Notes under the pieces: generated by a model
Told to the model about the DNA's origin: nothing
The model's database searches: none
The model's input: only the letters and a program-made list of their open reading frames with translations
Shown: positions 10,722-24,500 of the stretch, piece by piece
Layout: the number at the start of each line of letters is the position of its first letter
How positions within the stretch are numbered: the stretch's first letter is position 1
From: Amphiscolops sp. MND2022
Lineage: Eukaryota
Assembly: GCA_964187785.1 (NCBI GenBank)
Contig: OZ076409.1
Coordinates: 78,556,001-78,620,000 of the forward strand
Direction: 5' to 3'
DNA length: 64,000 nt
Translations under genes and position numbers: made by a program

Positions 10722-13700
10722 AAAGATTGAAATGGATATTTGCCAAAAATTCTTTTTATTCAATCAGGTTCATAATAAAATGCATTTTGATCTATTTAGA
10801 TGGTCGCTCAATTACAACTGATGGGCTTACATGTCGAAGTTTTAACAAGCTTTGAAGCTATAGTAAACGTATATATGACATCAACAACAACCCTCGATCG
10901 GCTGTTGTTTAAAAAGTCAGTAGCCCAAATAACTTCAAATAATTCAACTGAATACCGTTCGTTTTTCGACAGTCGAAGCTGTTTTTAGGTGGCGCATTTT
11001 GAAGAATGATCACGGCTCTTACAGTGGCAAGTTTCGTTTTGTTTTCAGTCACTTTCAAGCATCCACATTATAAATTTTGAATGGGCATAAACTTTAGCAA
11101 AAGTGGGCCGACCATTTGGAAGCAGTTCAGAAACAGGACCAGTTCAGAAGCAGGAGTATGTTGGTTCGAGTCCCGCACTAAAAACGTTTCCAAACTTGCA
11201 AATGTAAAGGATAGACCAAAAGTTCCATGGATTAATAATTGGTACTTGCGACTTTTTTTCTGATTTTTAAAATGAAACCCAATCCCTTAATTATTGGCAG
11301 AAACAAAGAGTTTTGCGAACATAGAGAGAACGCTTAGAGTTTTTTGGAGAGAAGACATTTTTACATTTTTCCTTTTTTTTATATAGAAATTTTAATTTTT
11401 CAAGGTTTTCAGTTAAGGAAAATAGTCTTCCAGGCATTGTGGGTGACATTTTAATTTTTAAAGGTTCTTTTTAGGTCCTGTGAGACCGATGGAGTTTTTC
11501 CAATATCTGAAACCCCTTAACTTTTTAGAAAACTGGGCTCAAAAAAAGCGTTTTGTGAAAAAAAATTAATGTTCAAAAATGGGATTTTTGATGTTTCCAG
11601 TTAGGAAAAAAGCGGTTATCGAGCCTTATGGGCATCCCTTCGGGTATTTTTTGGTGCTGTAATTTTGATTTGCTTTGCTTTTTTGAAACCTGGGCGTCAA
11701 CTTGGGCGGTTCCCGACATTGACAACATTTGGCAACTTGGGTATTAAGGCATGAAATTTTCGCTTCTGAAAAGCATGAGGCAACAACAAGGCAAATCAGG
11801 GTATGTCACGCTTCGAACTATTCTGGAAAAGAAAGAAATGGAAAATGAAAGAGCTTAGTCGCGAAAATAGACGAGTGAAGCAGAACAAAAATAGCGAAAA
11901 CACTCACATAATTGAAAAAGATAACTTTGTTCAGAAACTGAATATGGTAAACTCTAGTGAGATACACGCACACACGAGTATATTTTTTAATTAAAAAATA
12001 AAAAAGACTACTAATTTTCAATACATAAATACTTTGGACTCCCAAATGAAAATCTATGAAATGCTTCATGGAAAAATAACCGAAGTTAATCAGAAGATGA
12101 TGAAATTTTATTTGTTTTAGGATCCAGTATGCGAAAGAGGCAGTCAAAATCCACTCAAAACATTAGTGTGCACAAGTTAGGAAATCGGGAAAAGAAAAAG
12201 ATATAAAGGTTTTTATTCCGATGATATATACGTTCACTTAAAGTGCATTTCAATTGCAGCTTAGTGTTTTTAACTTCTGGAGGATACTGTTTACAGAGGT
12301 TTCGAATTTCTAAATGAGAAAAATTTGAATTTATAATTTATTATTTGTGTTAATTTTGAACCATTTGCTAACGGATGTCGTTGAATTTCTTATAGTTTCT
12401 AATTGTAATTTTTTTAATTATCATCAGTTTTTTTAAGATTTCCCTTCACGAAAATTGGCTAAAATATTTCAGAATTTCCAAACTGACAAAAAAGTATTTA
12501 CAAAACAAGACAATTGCCTCAGAATGTTGTTTTGCTAGATATAAGCAGCTCCTATGAAACTTCGAAAACTTCGGAGGAATTGTTGATAACAAAACCGATG
12601 AAAAAATGATAGCATGTATTTAGACACAAAAACATCACTTGAGCATTGAGGAAGTTGTTTCTTAAAGCAACCTTCCCGCGGTACTCTTTGTATACACTTT
12701 TGATTCAACAAATGATATAATAACATCATTATTGGTATTTTGTTGAGTTTGGTAATTTTTTGTAATGGGTTTCATAAGCAGCGAAATATTCCCTGGCTTA
12801 TTCAATGCTTCTGTTATTTGGAACTAAGCTTTGTAGTGAAACTTTTTAAGGGAGAACTTCAAAAAGAATAATATGTTCTTTTTAAGAGCGCGAATTTAGG
12901 TACAGACTGCTATGTCTGTTAAAAACAAAATTAGGCCAAGAAAGAGCTTTTGAAGAAAAACGTTCCATCAAATATAACAAACATTGCTCTCAAAACAGTT
13001 TCAGAAGAGGTTTCATTGATTTCAAAACAGTCAAAATTCAGGAGACTTTTTCAAAAAGTATTTAGAAAGTAGGTTACCAAACATCGAGGCACGTACGCAC
13101 TCACAGAAATGAAACTAAAAATTTCAAAATCAGTTAAACTAACTATTTCTATCAATCGAAGAAACAACCTCCAATTCAACCAACAACGGGTCTATCACAA
13201 GTCCCGGACTTGCACGATTTCTATATCTAGCTCCCGGAGCTAACGTCGACCAGTTCTTTCAGCTATGTCAAATTTCTTGCCCCCTCGCGAGGCGCAACTG
13301 GCATCTAGTTCTCTAAATTGATTGTGTCTATTCATTTCTCTTGGGATTCCGCTTCAGATTGTGTTTTTTCATTGCACGTGTTTCGGGTTGCTACATCTTC
13401 ACTTTTCATTATATTTTGCATTTTTTTGTTGGGCGTTGGCGTTTTAAAATTACATGTGTTTACCTTCATGTTTATCTATTCTTTTTATGGCATCTCTCAA
13501 CATAGTTATTATTCGACTGCCTATGACCAATAGATCAAATACTTGATCACAAACATCACATCCCATGATAGTTCCAGTCGCTCAAGATATTTTTAATCTT
13601 GAGACGATCACTCAATGCCATTCAGTTACATGGATTACACGTTCCCTACACGTGCGAGGTACTTTTCCATCACTCTGTGTGCGATTCATCGTAAATCCCC

Positions 13701-15350
13701 TCGCATAACTAAAATGCCAAGATGCTAATTTACAGGTTGTAATATACGTTTTTCCACATATTCCACATAAAGGGTCGCTTTTGACGATACCTTGATATCC
13801 GCCTATGAGCTTGAAGTTATTTGTACTCATCCAAAGTTGTTACCAAGTTATAGGGTCCTAGTATTAATTGTCTCCGAGTTACATGATGTGCGTATCGTTT
13901 GTTTACTTAAGGCGGTGACCCCCCGGATGGGTTACAAGTAGAGTTTCGTTCACGTTGGTAGTCGACTACTATCATTATCGGGGTTCGTTCGAGGTATTAC
14001 AAGCCAATGTGGAATGTCATTCCTCTACCGGGTCCGCGCGTCCGGTACCACGTTCCTTAAACTACAATACTCCTTGTGCAGTGGATCGAGTAATGCATTC
14101 TTTATTTATTTTACATGAGGTTGGTTGGTGATTCTTTTGGACAAGTTTCATTATCCTCGGATCAACTAGTGACTGTTCACATAACAGTCGGGGCTTGTTT
14201 ACATCGGATGGCTGATCTTCCAACGCGTGTCATTGGTTCCGAAAAGATACGCAAACGGCCTTTTATTCCATGGGCCATCAACTTCAGCTATTGCATGACA
14301 ATTTCCGTGCTTCGCTGCTGAACCGGTAGGGGTCAATTTATGTCACTTCCGGTGCTAATATTCCGGACTGGTGGTAGATACGATGTCGAGTGCCTAGAAA
14401 TAAAAGTTGAGTATACACTTCTAGTACATGCATGCCAACCTTTAGCGCCATCGGACCAGTGCTTCTCAAAAAGGAGGCGATGGCCTTTCTTACATACAAC
14501 AGCTTTTTTTTCGTACAAAAAACTTGGTAAAATTCGCCCGGAGAGATCCATTCTGTCTTAGTCGATTCCAACAAACACGTCGTCAACGTCACTTTCAATT
14601 TTTACTGAAAGTGAGTGTTGAAAAGTATCGTCTGCTGAATAAACACCGAGGTTGCTCAAGAAGAATTACAAGACGCGCTAAAGTCAACCTTTTCAGCTGC
14701 TTTTACTAACATTACGCATCTCAAAACGTCTCAAATCGTAGCCATCTATAGCCTGATCTTTGGGAAAAGTAATGCGCTTTTCATGAAAACGCCCGAAATT
14801 CTAAAAATCCTACACTAGCCGAGCACGCCAAAATGTCTTACTAGATACACTCAGGCATAAATACATATTTTATTCGGAACATGGAAAATATCAAGAACTT
14901 GCACGGAAACTTTTGTAGGATCATGCTTCAACTTTCGCCGTTATATTAAAAACAGAAAGCTCTCACTGTTTCACCGGCTGAATCATTTTGTTTCCACTTT
15001 CTAGGTTGTAAAAAAGTCAACTTGAAGCTGACGCTAACTGAACTTCAAAAAATGATTTTAGCCGCTCTGAATCAAATGAACGGCAATTGGCTTTGAGATC
15101 ATTAAAATGAGATTCTGGTGGAGTATAGTAGGTCTTAAGATAAAGAGGAAAAGTTTGAACAACTTTTTCGTTTTTATGGAGGTTTAAGATCGCGCGAAGT
15201 TTTTGTTTCTTGCTTCCTTATTTTTCAGAAGATCGAAACTATGTAAACTGCTTGGAAATTTTATCAAAGTGTATGTATATCCTTTCAGCATTTTAGAAAC
15301 AGCTTGGAATTTTCCCATGCAGCGCCCCCGAATTTTCCCTGTTTTATTTT

Positions 15351-17760
15351 ACAAGACGCCCGCTGAGCAGCGAGATATTTTCCGCCCGAACTGTTCTACA
15401 ACTACATAAATTTGAGGCTCAAGGATAACTAATGCACTATAAAAACGCTAAGAAGTTCGAAGAAAAGAAAGCTTCGATTTATCTTTGCCCAGTTGTGAAG
15501 GAAACACCTTTATTTCAGTATTTCTGCGATAGCTGGCCAGTTTTCGTAAGTTCGACACTATGCGACTTACCGAGTGAAATTTTTCATTTTTTTCGAAAAC
15601 AATTTTTCTCTAAAGGCCGACTGAAATAAGCGTTCAATCCTTGTTGAACCTTTGCCCTCGTTCTGAATCCAAAACGCTTGAAAATGTAGACATGGGTTGC
15701 TTAAAAACAATGATGTTGAAAGCAAAAAAATGTTGGTGTTTTTGAAGCAAAACGCTGCAACGTTCTCTTCAAAAAATGTATTGCATAGCTCGTTCTTTCG
15801 TTGTTGAGCGTTATGGAACTAATAACGAAGACTTTCGGGAATTGTACGGAAATTGCATCAAAAACGACAAAGTCGTCGAATTTTTCGACTACTTCAAGGT
15901 CAATTTCAAGCACTTTTGAATTAGAAATTCATTCTTATCTGTTGTCGAAAGCTTACAGAGACAACAACTTTCTCATTGTTTAGGGGTTTTAACATTCTAG
16001 TTCACAAAGTCTATCGATAGTTGGGCAGTAATTGAAGAAAAATGATGAAAATAGGAAATGTTGAAATTTTTCTTTTTTCGATGTCAATTCCAGATGTTTT
16101 TCATTTGAAAAGCTGCATTTATCGTTCCACTAAGCATACGGGACAACATTTGTTCCTTGTTGACCCTTTCCAACATTCCAATCTCCGGAGTTTGTTGAAA
16201 ATTTTTCAGAAAAACTGCATAAAACTTTGAAAAATGAAAAATTTTGAGATTTTCGTCAATTTCGGTGTCAAGTTGAGACTTTTTCATTCAAAAACTGAAA
16301 CTATCTCATCCTTAAAGACTACCAGACAACAAACTGCTACCTTGGTGAACGTTTTCATTATTCCAATCTACGGAGTTTGTCGAAATCAAGACAGAAATTG
16401 CATAAAAACATTGAAAATAGGAAAATTTTGGGTTTTTCGTCGTTTTTGGTGCCAACATGAGATTTTCTTCATCTAGAAAACTGCATTAAATTCTTCGGAA
16501 AAACTTTTTGGACCAATACTGTTCCTTGCTTACGCTTCGCAACATTCTCATCTACGAAGTCTGTCGAAAATGTGACAAAAATTGCATAAAAAAATTCGAA
16601 AATTAGAAAGTTTTGGGTTTTTTGTCACTTTCGGTTTCAATTTGAGACCATTTTCATTTAGAAAATAGAAATAATCTTTTCGGAAAAGCCTACTGGACAA
16701 CTAATACGGGCCACTTTGACCGTTTTCAACATTCTAATCAACGAAGTCTTACCAAAATTTGACAAAAATTGTATAAAATCGTCAAAAATCGGGAAATTTT
16801 TGGAAATTTGGTCATTTATTGGGTCAATTTTCTCTGACAAAACCGCATTTATCTCTTCCTAGAAAACTATTGGACAACAACAAGGTGCCTTGTTGAACGT
16901 TTGCAACATTCTAATTTGCGATGTTTATCAAAAAATTGACAAAAAACGCATGAAAACGGTAAAAATTGAGAAATTTTGGAGTTTTTGTTTTTTTTTCGGG
17001 GCCAATTTGAGATATTTTTCATTAGGAAAACTGCAATAATATCTTTAGAAAAGCCTACTGGACTAATACGTTTTCCTTGCTGACGCTTCTCAACATTCTA
17101 ATCTACGAAGTCTGTCGAAAATTTGACAAAATGCATTTAAAAACTTGAAAAATGGAAAGTTTTGGATTTTTTGTTATTTTCGGTATCAATTTGAGACCTT
17201 TTTCATTTGGAAAAAAGCAATTATCGTTTCCGAAAAGCCTACCGCACAGCAAATGCGTGCCATGTTGAGCGTTCTCAACACTTTAGTTAACGAAGTATGT
17301 CGAAAATTTGACAAAAATTGCTTAAAATTGTTAAAAATCAGAAAATTTTGGAATTTTTGTCATTTTTGGGGTCAATTTTCTGGAACAAAATCGCATTTAT
17401 CTCTTCATAGAAGACTATAGGAGAATTCGTGCCCTGTTGAACGTTTTCAACATTCTAATTCGCGGTGTCTCTCAAAAAATTGACAAAAATTGCATAAAAA
17501 CGTTAAAAAGTTGAGAAATTTGGGAATTTTTGTCATTTTCGGGGTCATTTCGTCATTAAGGGGTCATTTTCGTCTTTCAAGAAAACTCCAAAAATCTCTA
17601 CAAATACATATCGCACGAAGCTAAATTTATGTGAGTTGAATGCTATGGGTAACACCCTTAAAGTTAAACATAAATAAATTCTTGGCAAATTTTGTTTAAA
17701 AAAACCCGTTTGATTTAAATATTTTCCTTTCCCATATATGAAATATGGGCGGAAAATAAA
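15351..17760 (-). mobile_element. Non-autonomous Helentron/DINE-1-like element (HINE)
   Basis: 12-bp subterminal IR TATTTTCCGCCC (15376-15387) / GGGCGGAAAATA (17747-17758); partial IR at 17720-17737; stem-loop CGCTG-AG-CAGCG (15361-15372); minus-strand end CTTGT; central tandem repeats. Confidence 0.72.
15990..17550. repeat. Degenerate ~185-bp tandem repeat (about 8-9 monomers) inside the HINE
   Basis: CAACATTCTAAT-like anchor recurs near 15990, 16171, 16355, 16540, 16727, 16905, 17091, 17276 and 17448. Confidence 0.85.
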
Positions 17761-18886
17761 AAATAAGCGTGCATGCATGAATGCAGCATGGAAAACTCCC
17801 AGGCAAACTTGACTATGGAAAAAGGTAGAACGGTGAGTATACCTAAACCTAAGTGTCACTATTATTCTTGGAATACCAATAAAGACAGTTAAACAAAAAC
17901 GCAAAACAGCATGAAGCTGTACTAGGGAATAATAAAAATGGGTTCAATCGGAAAAATCTTTGTTTTTGTGTTTCCAGTAAAGACCAAGCTGCTCGAATCT
18001 TATGAAAAACAGGTGAAACACAGTTCAAAGCGTAGATCTGGTAAATTTGATTAAATAGCTGCTCGTTTAATATAAATTAAAGTCTGTGAACTTGTTATCT
18101 AGAGGGAAGCATTACTAGAGTAGCCATAAATCTGCTTTTCTCAAGTTGTTTGATAAATACGCCTGTTGCTTTGATGTTTCGTTTCCGGTCGGGGTAACTT
18201 GACCGTGAAACTCGTGAACAAAAAGACCATTTAATTGGTTTGAAATTGGACGGCATAAATTATCAAATTCTGAAACGTGTTTGATATAAAGGGCACGTGT
18301 ATAATTTCAAATCGCCACCCCGGGAAAAGTTCTCCGAAATTTTCGTATTTCCACCCTGCTCAACCAACCGGAAATATTAACCTTGAACAACTTGAATTTC
18401 GCACTCCTTCTTTGATTATTTTTGAGAAAAGTCTCATAACAATCAAAAGATCTAGATTTGATTTACAAAGAGCAGCAGAAGAAACATGTGTTCACAGTTC
18501 ACCAAAAATATAAACGAATCAAAAGTAGCTGAGTTTTTCACTATTTCCAAACTGTATAAAGACGACTTAGAAAAAACGATGATTATTCAGAAGATGGGAT
18601 TTCCAGATGGCAATTTTCAAGCTCAAGTTTCGAGTCCAACCTTCCTATACATTTCTTTAATAGAGTTTGGTTTTTTTCTTCATAATGATATTTGATACTT
18701 TTTATGAAAGAACAAAAAAATAATGCATTTATTGCTTCAAATGCTAGTTTTATTCGCATTAATTCACGAGCAATTTCACCTATCTATTTCGAATTCAAAA
18801 ACCTTGATTAAGGTACATGTAACAAAGATATATTCAATGATTTAATTGGCCGAAAATCATTGGAAAACCATTGGAACAAAAACAAA

Positions 18887-19325
18887 GGACCATGTCATCT
18901 ATCCCTCCCAGGTACACCTTGTTGGGAATCCCCCCCAACGCGAAAGCACATTTTGTTCTTGAATAAAAATATTTCACTAATAAGAGAACATTATATGAAC
19001 GTAAATACTTAGAGGATTGTCTCGAGGATCTGCAAATACCATAATTTTTTGATGTTATTGTCCAAAATAGCAGAAATTAACGTTTGGAACAAGCTAAAAT
19101 TGTAAAAAAGGCCCCTATTTCTGCGCAAATTTTGCCCACTATAAAATCTGATGAGCAACTTTTAACTGACAGTCAATGTAATGGTAGGATTATCTCGACA
19201 TCAATTATTCTATTGGACCAAAATTCCAACGCGCAAACGATGTCGACATAATGGTATTTGAACCTTCTCTCTTATTTCCCCCATGCCGCAGTAATTTGGG
19301 GGGGGGGGGATAGTTGACATGGTCC
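18887..19325. mobile_element. MITE with ~18-bp TIRs and a possible 3-bp TSD (PIF/Harbinger-like)
   Basis: GGACCATGTCATCTATCCC ... GGGATAGTTGACATGGTCC; AAA on both flanks. Confidence 0.7.
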
Positions 19326-20124
19326 AAAGCAAATTTTTGTTTAGATTCATAAGCATGATGCCGCAAAACTACTATATCTAGTATTAACTACTGTATCTAG
19401 TATATCTATGTATTAAAGTTATTTTTCAGATATTTTGTCAAATAATTGACTTGACTGATTTTTTTGTTCCGGAATACAATTGCAATCGAGGCCCATCAAC
19501 TTAAACAAGCGCTTTTTGCAATCTGTGTCACGCCGTATTAACTTAGGAACTCAGTTTTTGTCTCCAATTTTTCTAACTTTTTTGAGAAGGCAATTGTTTG
19601 ATGAAAGAGTTTTAGAAACTTTCATGACATCGAATGAATTAAATGATAGAAGCGTGACGAAAGAGAAGAATTTGTTGACAAACAGCTGAAAGGGGAGAAT
19701 AATTTTGTTTCATCTTCAATGCACTCTGCTTGTGGTCATTCAATGAGCCATTGACAGCTGTGGTGTCTCGACCATACGTCAAAAATGACAGAATGAAAGA
19801 TGAGACCACCAAAACCGATGCCGCCCATTTAAGAACATTTTAAGAACCATGTGTTTTCAACGACCTCATGAAATTGGGAAACAGCGAGAGAACATTTGTT
19901 TTGGCTTGAAAAAAATTGGACCAAATTTGGAGAAGTAGATCATAGAAGTTTAGATAGAAACTTTAAGAAAACTACTCGATTTTTTGAATCTCAGCCAAGC
20001 GCTTCAACTTGGTTTCAAGATCAAAAAAGTCGGACTGTTTTTGGAACTTTTCAATTTTATCAAACACTTTTTTGCAAAACATGCATTTTTAGAAATAGCT
20101 TGACTACGGGTTCCATTAACTCAC

Positions 20125-20460
20125 ACTCTTTCTTCGGGAATGAAATATGGTGCATCCAATGCAAACCAGATCAACGTTTTCCATTCGTTAAATATTGATA
20201 AAACCGTTCCAAGAAAAGTGATTGAACAAAAGGGTCTTTTGTGTGTAAAAAACTTCACCTAGAGACATCAAAAAATCAAAGAACCCTTCAGTGGAATTTA
20301 ACAATTTCCAATATAGAAAAAATTCGAAAATTCTTTCTAACTTGAATGAAAATTTCTGAATATGAACAATAAGACTCTTTGAAACAACTTGACCTACTTT
20401 AAATCTTGGGCGTTTTGCAGATCTTCTTGGATCATATCTTTCGTATTCGTACACTTCGAC
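20125..20460 (-). CDS. Candidate host exon pair (20398-20460 and 20125-20258), product unknown
   Basis: Pyrimidine-AG acceptors, GTAGGT and GTGAGT donors; phase-0 join reads VEVYEYERYDPRRSAKRPRFK|VKFFTHKRPFCSITFLGTVLSIFNEWKTLIWFALDAPYFIPEER; no family recognised. Confidence 0.3.
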
Positions 20461-20773
20461 CTGATGTAAAAAAATCTACGAAAAGCCAGCCACTCATACA
20501 AAGTGCTGACTAAAAAATCACCAACTTAATTCATCATTAATTTTGCCATCACTTTGAATAAGATGAAACTCAGACAGGAGTGAATTATTTCCCGCATAAA
20601 ATACTCCCAAATGAGAGTAGTGAGAGTCTCTACAATTTGACCTCCATGCAGTTTTTCAGTCTCGAAATAGGTCAACAAAAGTATGCCATCGTACAAAAAT
20701 TATTCAGCCCGAGCAAGCGAACTATTATTGTTCACATCAAAACTTCTCTACGTTATTCAAATTCCGAGAAAAC

Positions 20774-20774
<1 letters not shown>

Positions 20775-20797
<23 letters not shown>
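20775..20797. repeat. (TA)n microsatellite
   Basis: Directly visible. Confidence 0.9.
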
Positions 20798-20805
<8 letters not shown>

Positions 20806-21500
20806 GATTATAAACACCTCTTACCGTTTATATATTTTTTATGAACTTAACAAGCACAAATAGTCCCCTGCTAGTGCCATAAAGTTTGTTTTTGAAGTTT
20901 TTAATGCTATGAGTGACAGCTGAATCATAACTTGATAAATTCATCAAGTAAATTTTGAGAGGTGTCAATGACAAAAAATGTTTTGGACAGGGCGCTTTCT
21001 CATGTCATTAAAGTTGTAAACCAAACTACTCTCCAATTTTTAGGCTCTATAACAGTGGAAATTTTTAAAGCACCTCAGTAAATGTTCGTTCCTGATGCTC
21101 TGAAAATTATATAGATAGAAAAGCTGACGCATGGGTTGAAAGTTTAGAGAATAAAGCCATCCATTTTCTCTATTTTTTTTTCATCGACATTATCAGTTGC
21201 TAACACATGTTGGTTCTAAGGGCGGCGAGGACTTCAAAAGTGCCGAAAAACTTCTCCCTGGTCCTTTCTGGTGCGGCTTCTTTAAGTTTACACTTTATGG
21301 CACCTGATAAATTAATTTAACCGTTTAACTAAAAATGAGAGACGCTTGCAAAATAATTTCGGATAACCATAAAGACATATTTTCCCACAGCGGGTCGTTG
21401 CAAGATTGTTTCTGAAAATCTAGTATTTATCTCAATTTTAGATCCAGTCCAAAAATAAGCGGATTTTTGAAGGAAACGCCATATGCGTTCTAAAAAAATC

Positions 21501-24500
21501 TCATGGTTTTACACTAAACGTAAATTGAAAAACAATCTTGAATGATCTCTTGATAATTGGTTCGGCCTGAATTGAATATGCATGAAATTTTGCTTCTAAA
21601 ATTGCATATTGCATAGCTTTTTGTCTCAAAGTGAAACTCTCTGGAGGTTCTAACGCTTGATAACCCCTCCAAAACCTGTACAAAAATCCGACTTAATGGT
21701 CAAATTTGTTCTAGGATTTTGGTGTCATTATAAGGCGCTTTTCTCCATAAATTGCTCGTCGCAAAAACTGCTTGCTTAGTTTTTGAAATCTGTGGATCTT
21801 TGAAGCTTTCGAAACGTTCAAAAGCTTTACAGAGAACGCTATAGTAATGGGGATACATTTTAGGCTTTTTTAAAAGAAAAAACATTGGATCAGCTAGCTT
21901 GCTCGACGTTGAAAATTTTGAAAAAATGATTTTTTTTCGAAACTTTCGAAAACAGCCTAAACATTAAAATGCGTAACTTTAACATTCATTCATTTAAAAA
22001 ATTAAAGCTACTTGGGGCTATTTTGAGACACCTTTCAACAATATCTCCTAATTTTCCCTTCAAAAAAGCGTTTTATATTGGTAATTCCTTCGTCTTAGTC
22101 TTCGAAATCTGTCCTAGTTGTCAAAATGTATTCGAAAACTGTATAAGTGTTAGGAAAATATACAAAACTGAATAAAAGTTTAAATTTCCTAAAAATTGGA
22201 ATTTTTTGAGAATGTTCGTTTGTATGACCACGAAATGTGACAATATTGGACAAAAAGTAAAAAAGAACCCGTGAGCAGCGAGATATTTTCCGCCCCAAAT
22301 TGTTCAACAACTATATCAATTTGAGGCTCAAGAATAGCCAATACACTATGAAACACAAAGAAGTTCGAAAAAATAGAAAGCTTTGGTTCACTCTAAAGGG
22401 AATTTTTCTAAAGGAAACCTATTTTTAAAGGAAACACCTAATTTATTATTTTTGCGATAGCTGGACACTTTTCATTTTTTCGGCACTATGCAACTTACCG
22501 AGTAAAGAGAATTTTCGAAGAAAATTTTTCCAAATTTTTAGTTTATGAGGTTTTCTGTACAGGAAATAAGTTTCCCGACTGTGACCTATTTGTATCTTTT
22601 GATCACGTGGAACTGATGAGTTTTCTTGATGATTGTAGAAAATACCTCATTTCAGTTTTTTCGGCCCTGTGCGTCTTTCCGATACTTCCATTTGATCGAA
22701 GGGCACCCAATTGCTTCCTTAGCTGATTTCGACTTAAAAAAAGTAGTTTTGCGAGCTCAAACGTGTTTCGCTTTCATGGGACATTTATAAAAAAAATCAG
22801 AAAAGTGGATTTTTTGTGATTCCTCATGGGGAAAAAGTGGTTTCCGAGTCTCAGGTGTATTTCTTGTGGTAATGTTTGGCACTGAGAAAATAGGAAAAGC
22901 TTGGAACTAGGTCTTTTGCAAGTTTAAGAACCTTGAACGGTCCCTGTTTATTATATTATTTCACTGAGTTTCACCAGAAGTGTCAAAAATTGGGAATATT
23001 TTCGACAATTTTGGGGTCAATTTTTGGACTTTTTCTAACAAGAATCTACAGATGTCTCTCCAAAAATAGGCCAACTGCACACTATTCTTACCCATGAAGT
23101 AGCTCAAAACATCTTCCTTTGGAAGGTGTACTCCATATCTAGTGATTTTGCTTGGTGCCTTTTGACATTAAATTTTGTACAAATAAGGTCGAAGTTTACG
23201 TTTCCAAGAAACGTTTTTGAAAGTTTCGCAAATAAATATGTCTGACATCTTTTCGAAACAGTACCGGTAGCTACACGTTTTGTTGCTGAGCCTATGGTAT
23301 TTCTGTTTGTTGTAAGTTTTCAAAGAGTGTCGAAAATTTGGAAAATTCGGAAACTTTGACACTTTTGTTAAAACTCGATGAGCTTCATTGCACTTTTTGC
23401 CAAATCGCGTTTTGAAGGCCTTTTGTTTCAACGCTCAGGTCAATAGAGGTTTCGTTCTTCAATAATTTCCATAGTTTAAACAAACAATGAGATTAATTTG
23501 ACAAAAAATGTCATGGTTTTACACTAAACGTAAATTGAAAAACAATCTTGAATGATCTCTTGATAATTGGTTCGGCCTTTTGAATACGCATGAAATTTTG
23601 CTTCTAAAATTGCATATTCCATAGCTTTTTGTCTCGAAGTGAAACTCTCTGGAGGTTCTAACGCTTGATAACCCCTCCAAAACCTGTACAAAAATCCGAC
23701 TTAATGGTCAAAATTGTTCTAGGATTTTGGTGTCATTATAAGGCGCTTTTCTACATAAATTGCTCGTCGCAAAAACTGCTTGCTTAGTTTTTGAAATCTG
23801 TGGATCTTTGAAGCTTTCGAAACGTTCAAAGGCTTTACAGAGAACGCTAAAGTAATTGGGATACATTTTAGGCTTTTTTAAAAGAAAAAACATTGGATCA
23901 GCTAGCTTGCTCGACGTTGAAAATTTTGAAAAAATGATTTTTTTCGAAACTTTTGAAAACAGCCTAAACATTAAAATGCGTAACTTTAACATTCATTCAT
24001 TTAAAAAATTAAAGATACTTGGGGCTATTTTGAGACACCTTTCAACAATATCTTCTATTTTTCCCTTCAAAAAAGCGTTTTATATTGGTAATTCCTTCGT
24101 CTTAGTCTTCGAAATCTGTCCTAGTTGTCAAAAAAGTATTCGAAAACTGTATAAGTGTTAGGAAAATATACAAAATTGAATAAAAAGTTGAAATTGCCTC
24201 AAAATTGCAATTTTTTTGAGAATGTTCGTTTGTATGACCACGAAATGTGACAATATTGGACAAAAAGTAAAAAAGAACCCGTGAGGAGCGAGATATTTTC
24301 CGCCCTAAATTGTTCTACAACTACATCAATTTGAGGCTCAAGAATAGCCAATACACTATGGAAACGCAAAGAAGTTTGAAAAAAAAAGAAAGCTTTGGTT
24401 CACTCTAAAGGGAATTTTTCTAAAGGAAACCTATTTTAAAGAAAACACCTAATTTATTATTTTTGCGATAGCTGGACACTTTTCATTTTTTCGGCACTAT

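Noticed and set aside
11163..11174. GGTTCGAGTCCC tRNA T-loop / B-box motif
   Set aside because: No cloverleaf or clear A-box could be built; at most a SINE remnant.
13560..14710. GC-elevated island with several short ORFs
   Set aside because: No continuous frame, motif or termini identified; possibly a decayed element, left uncalled.
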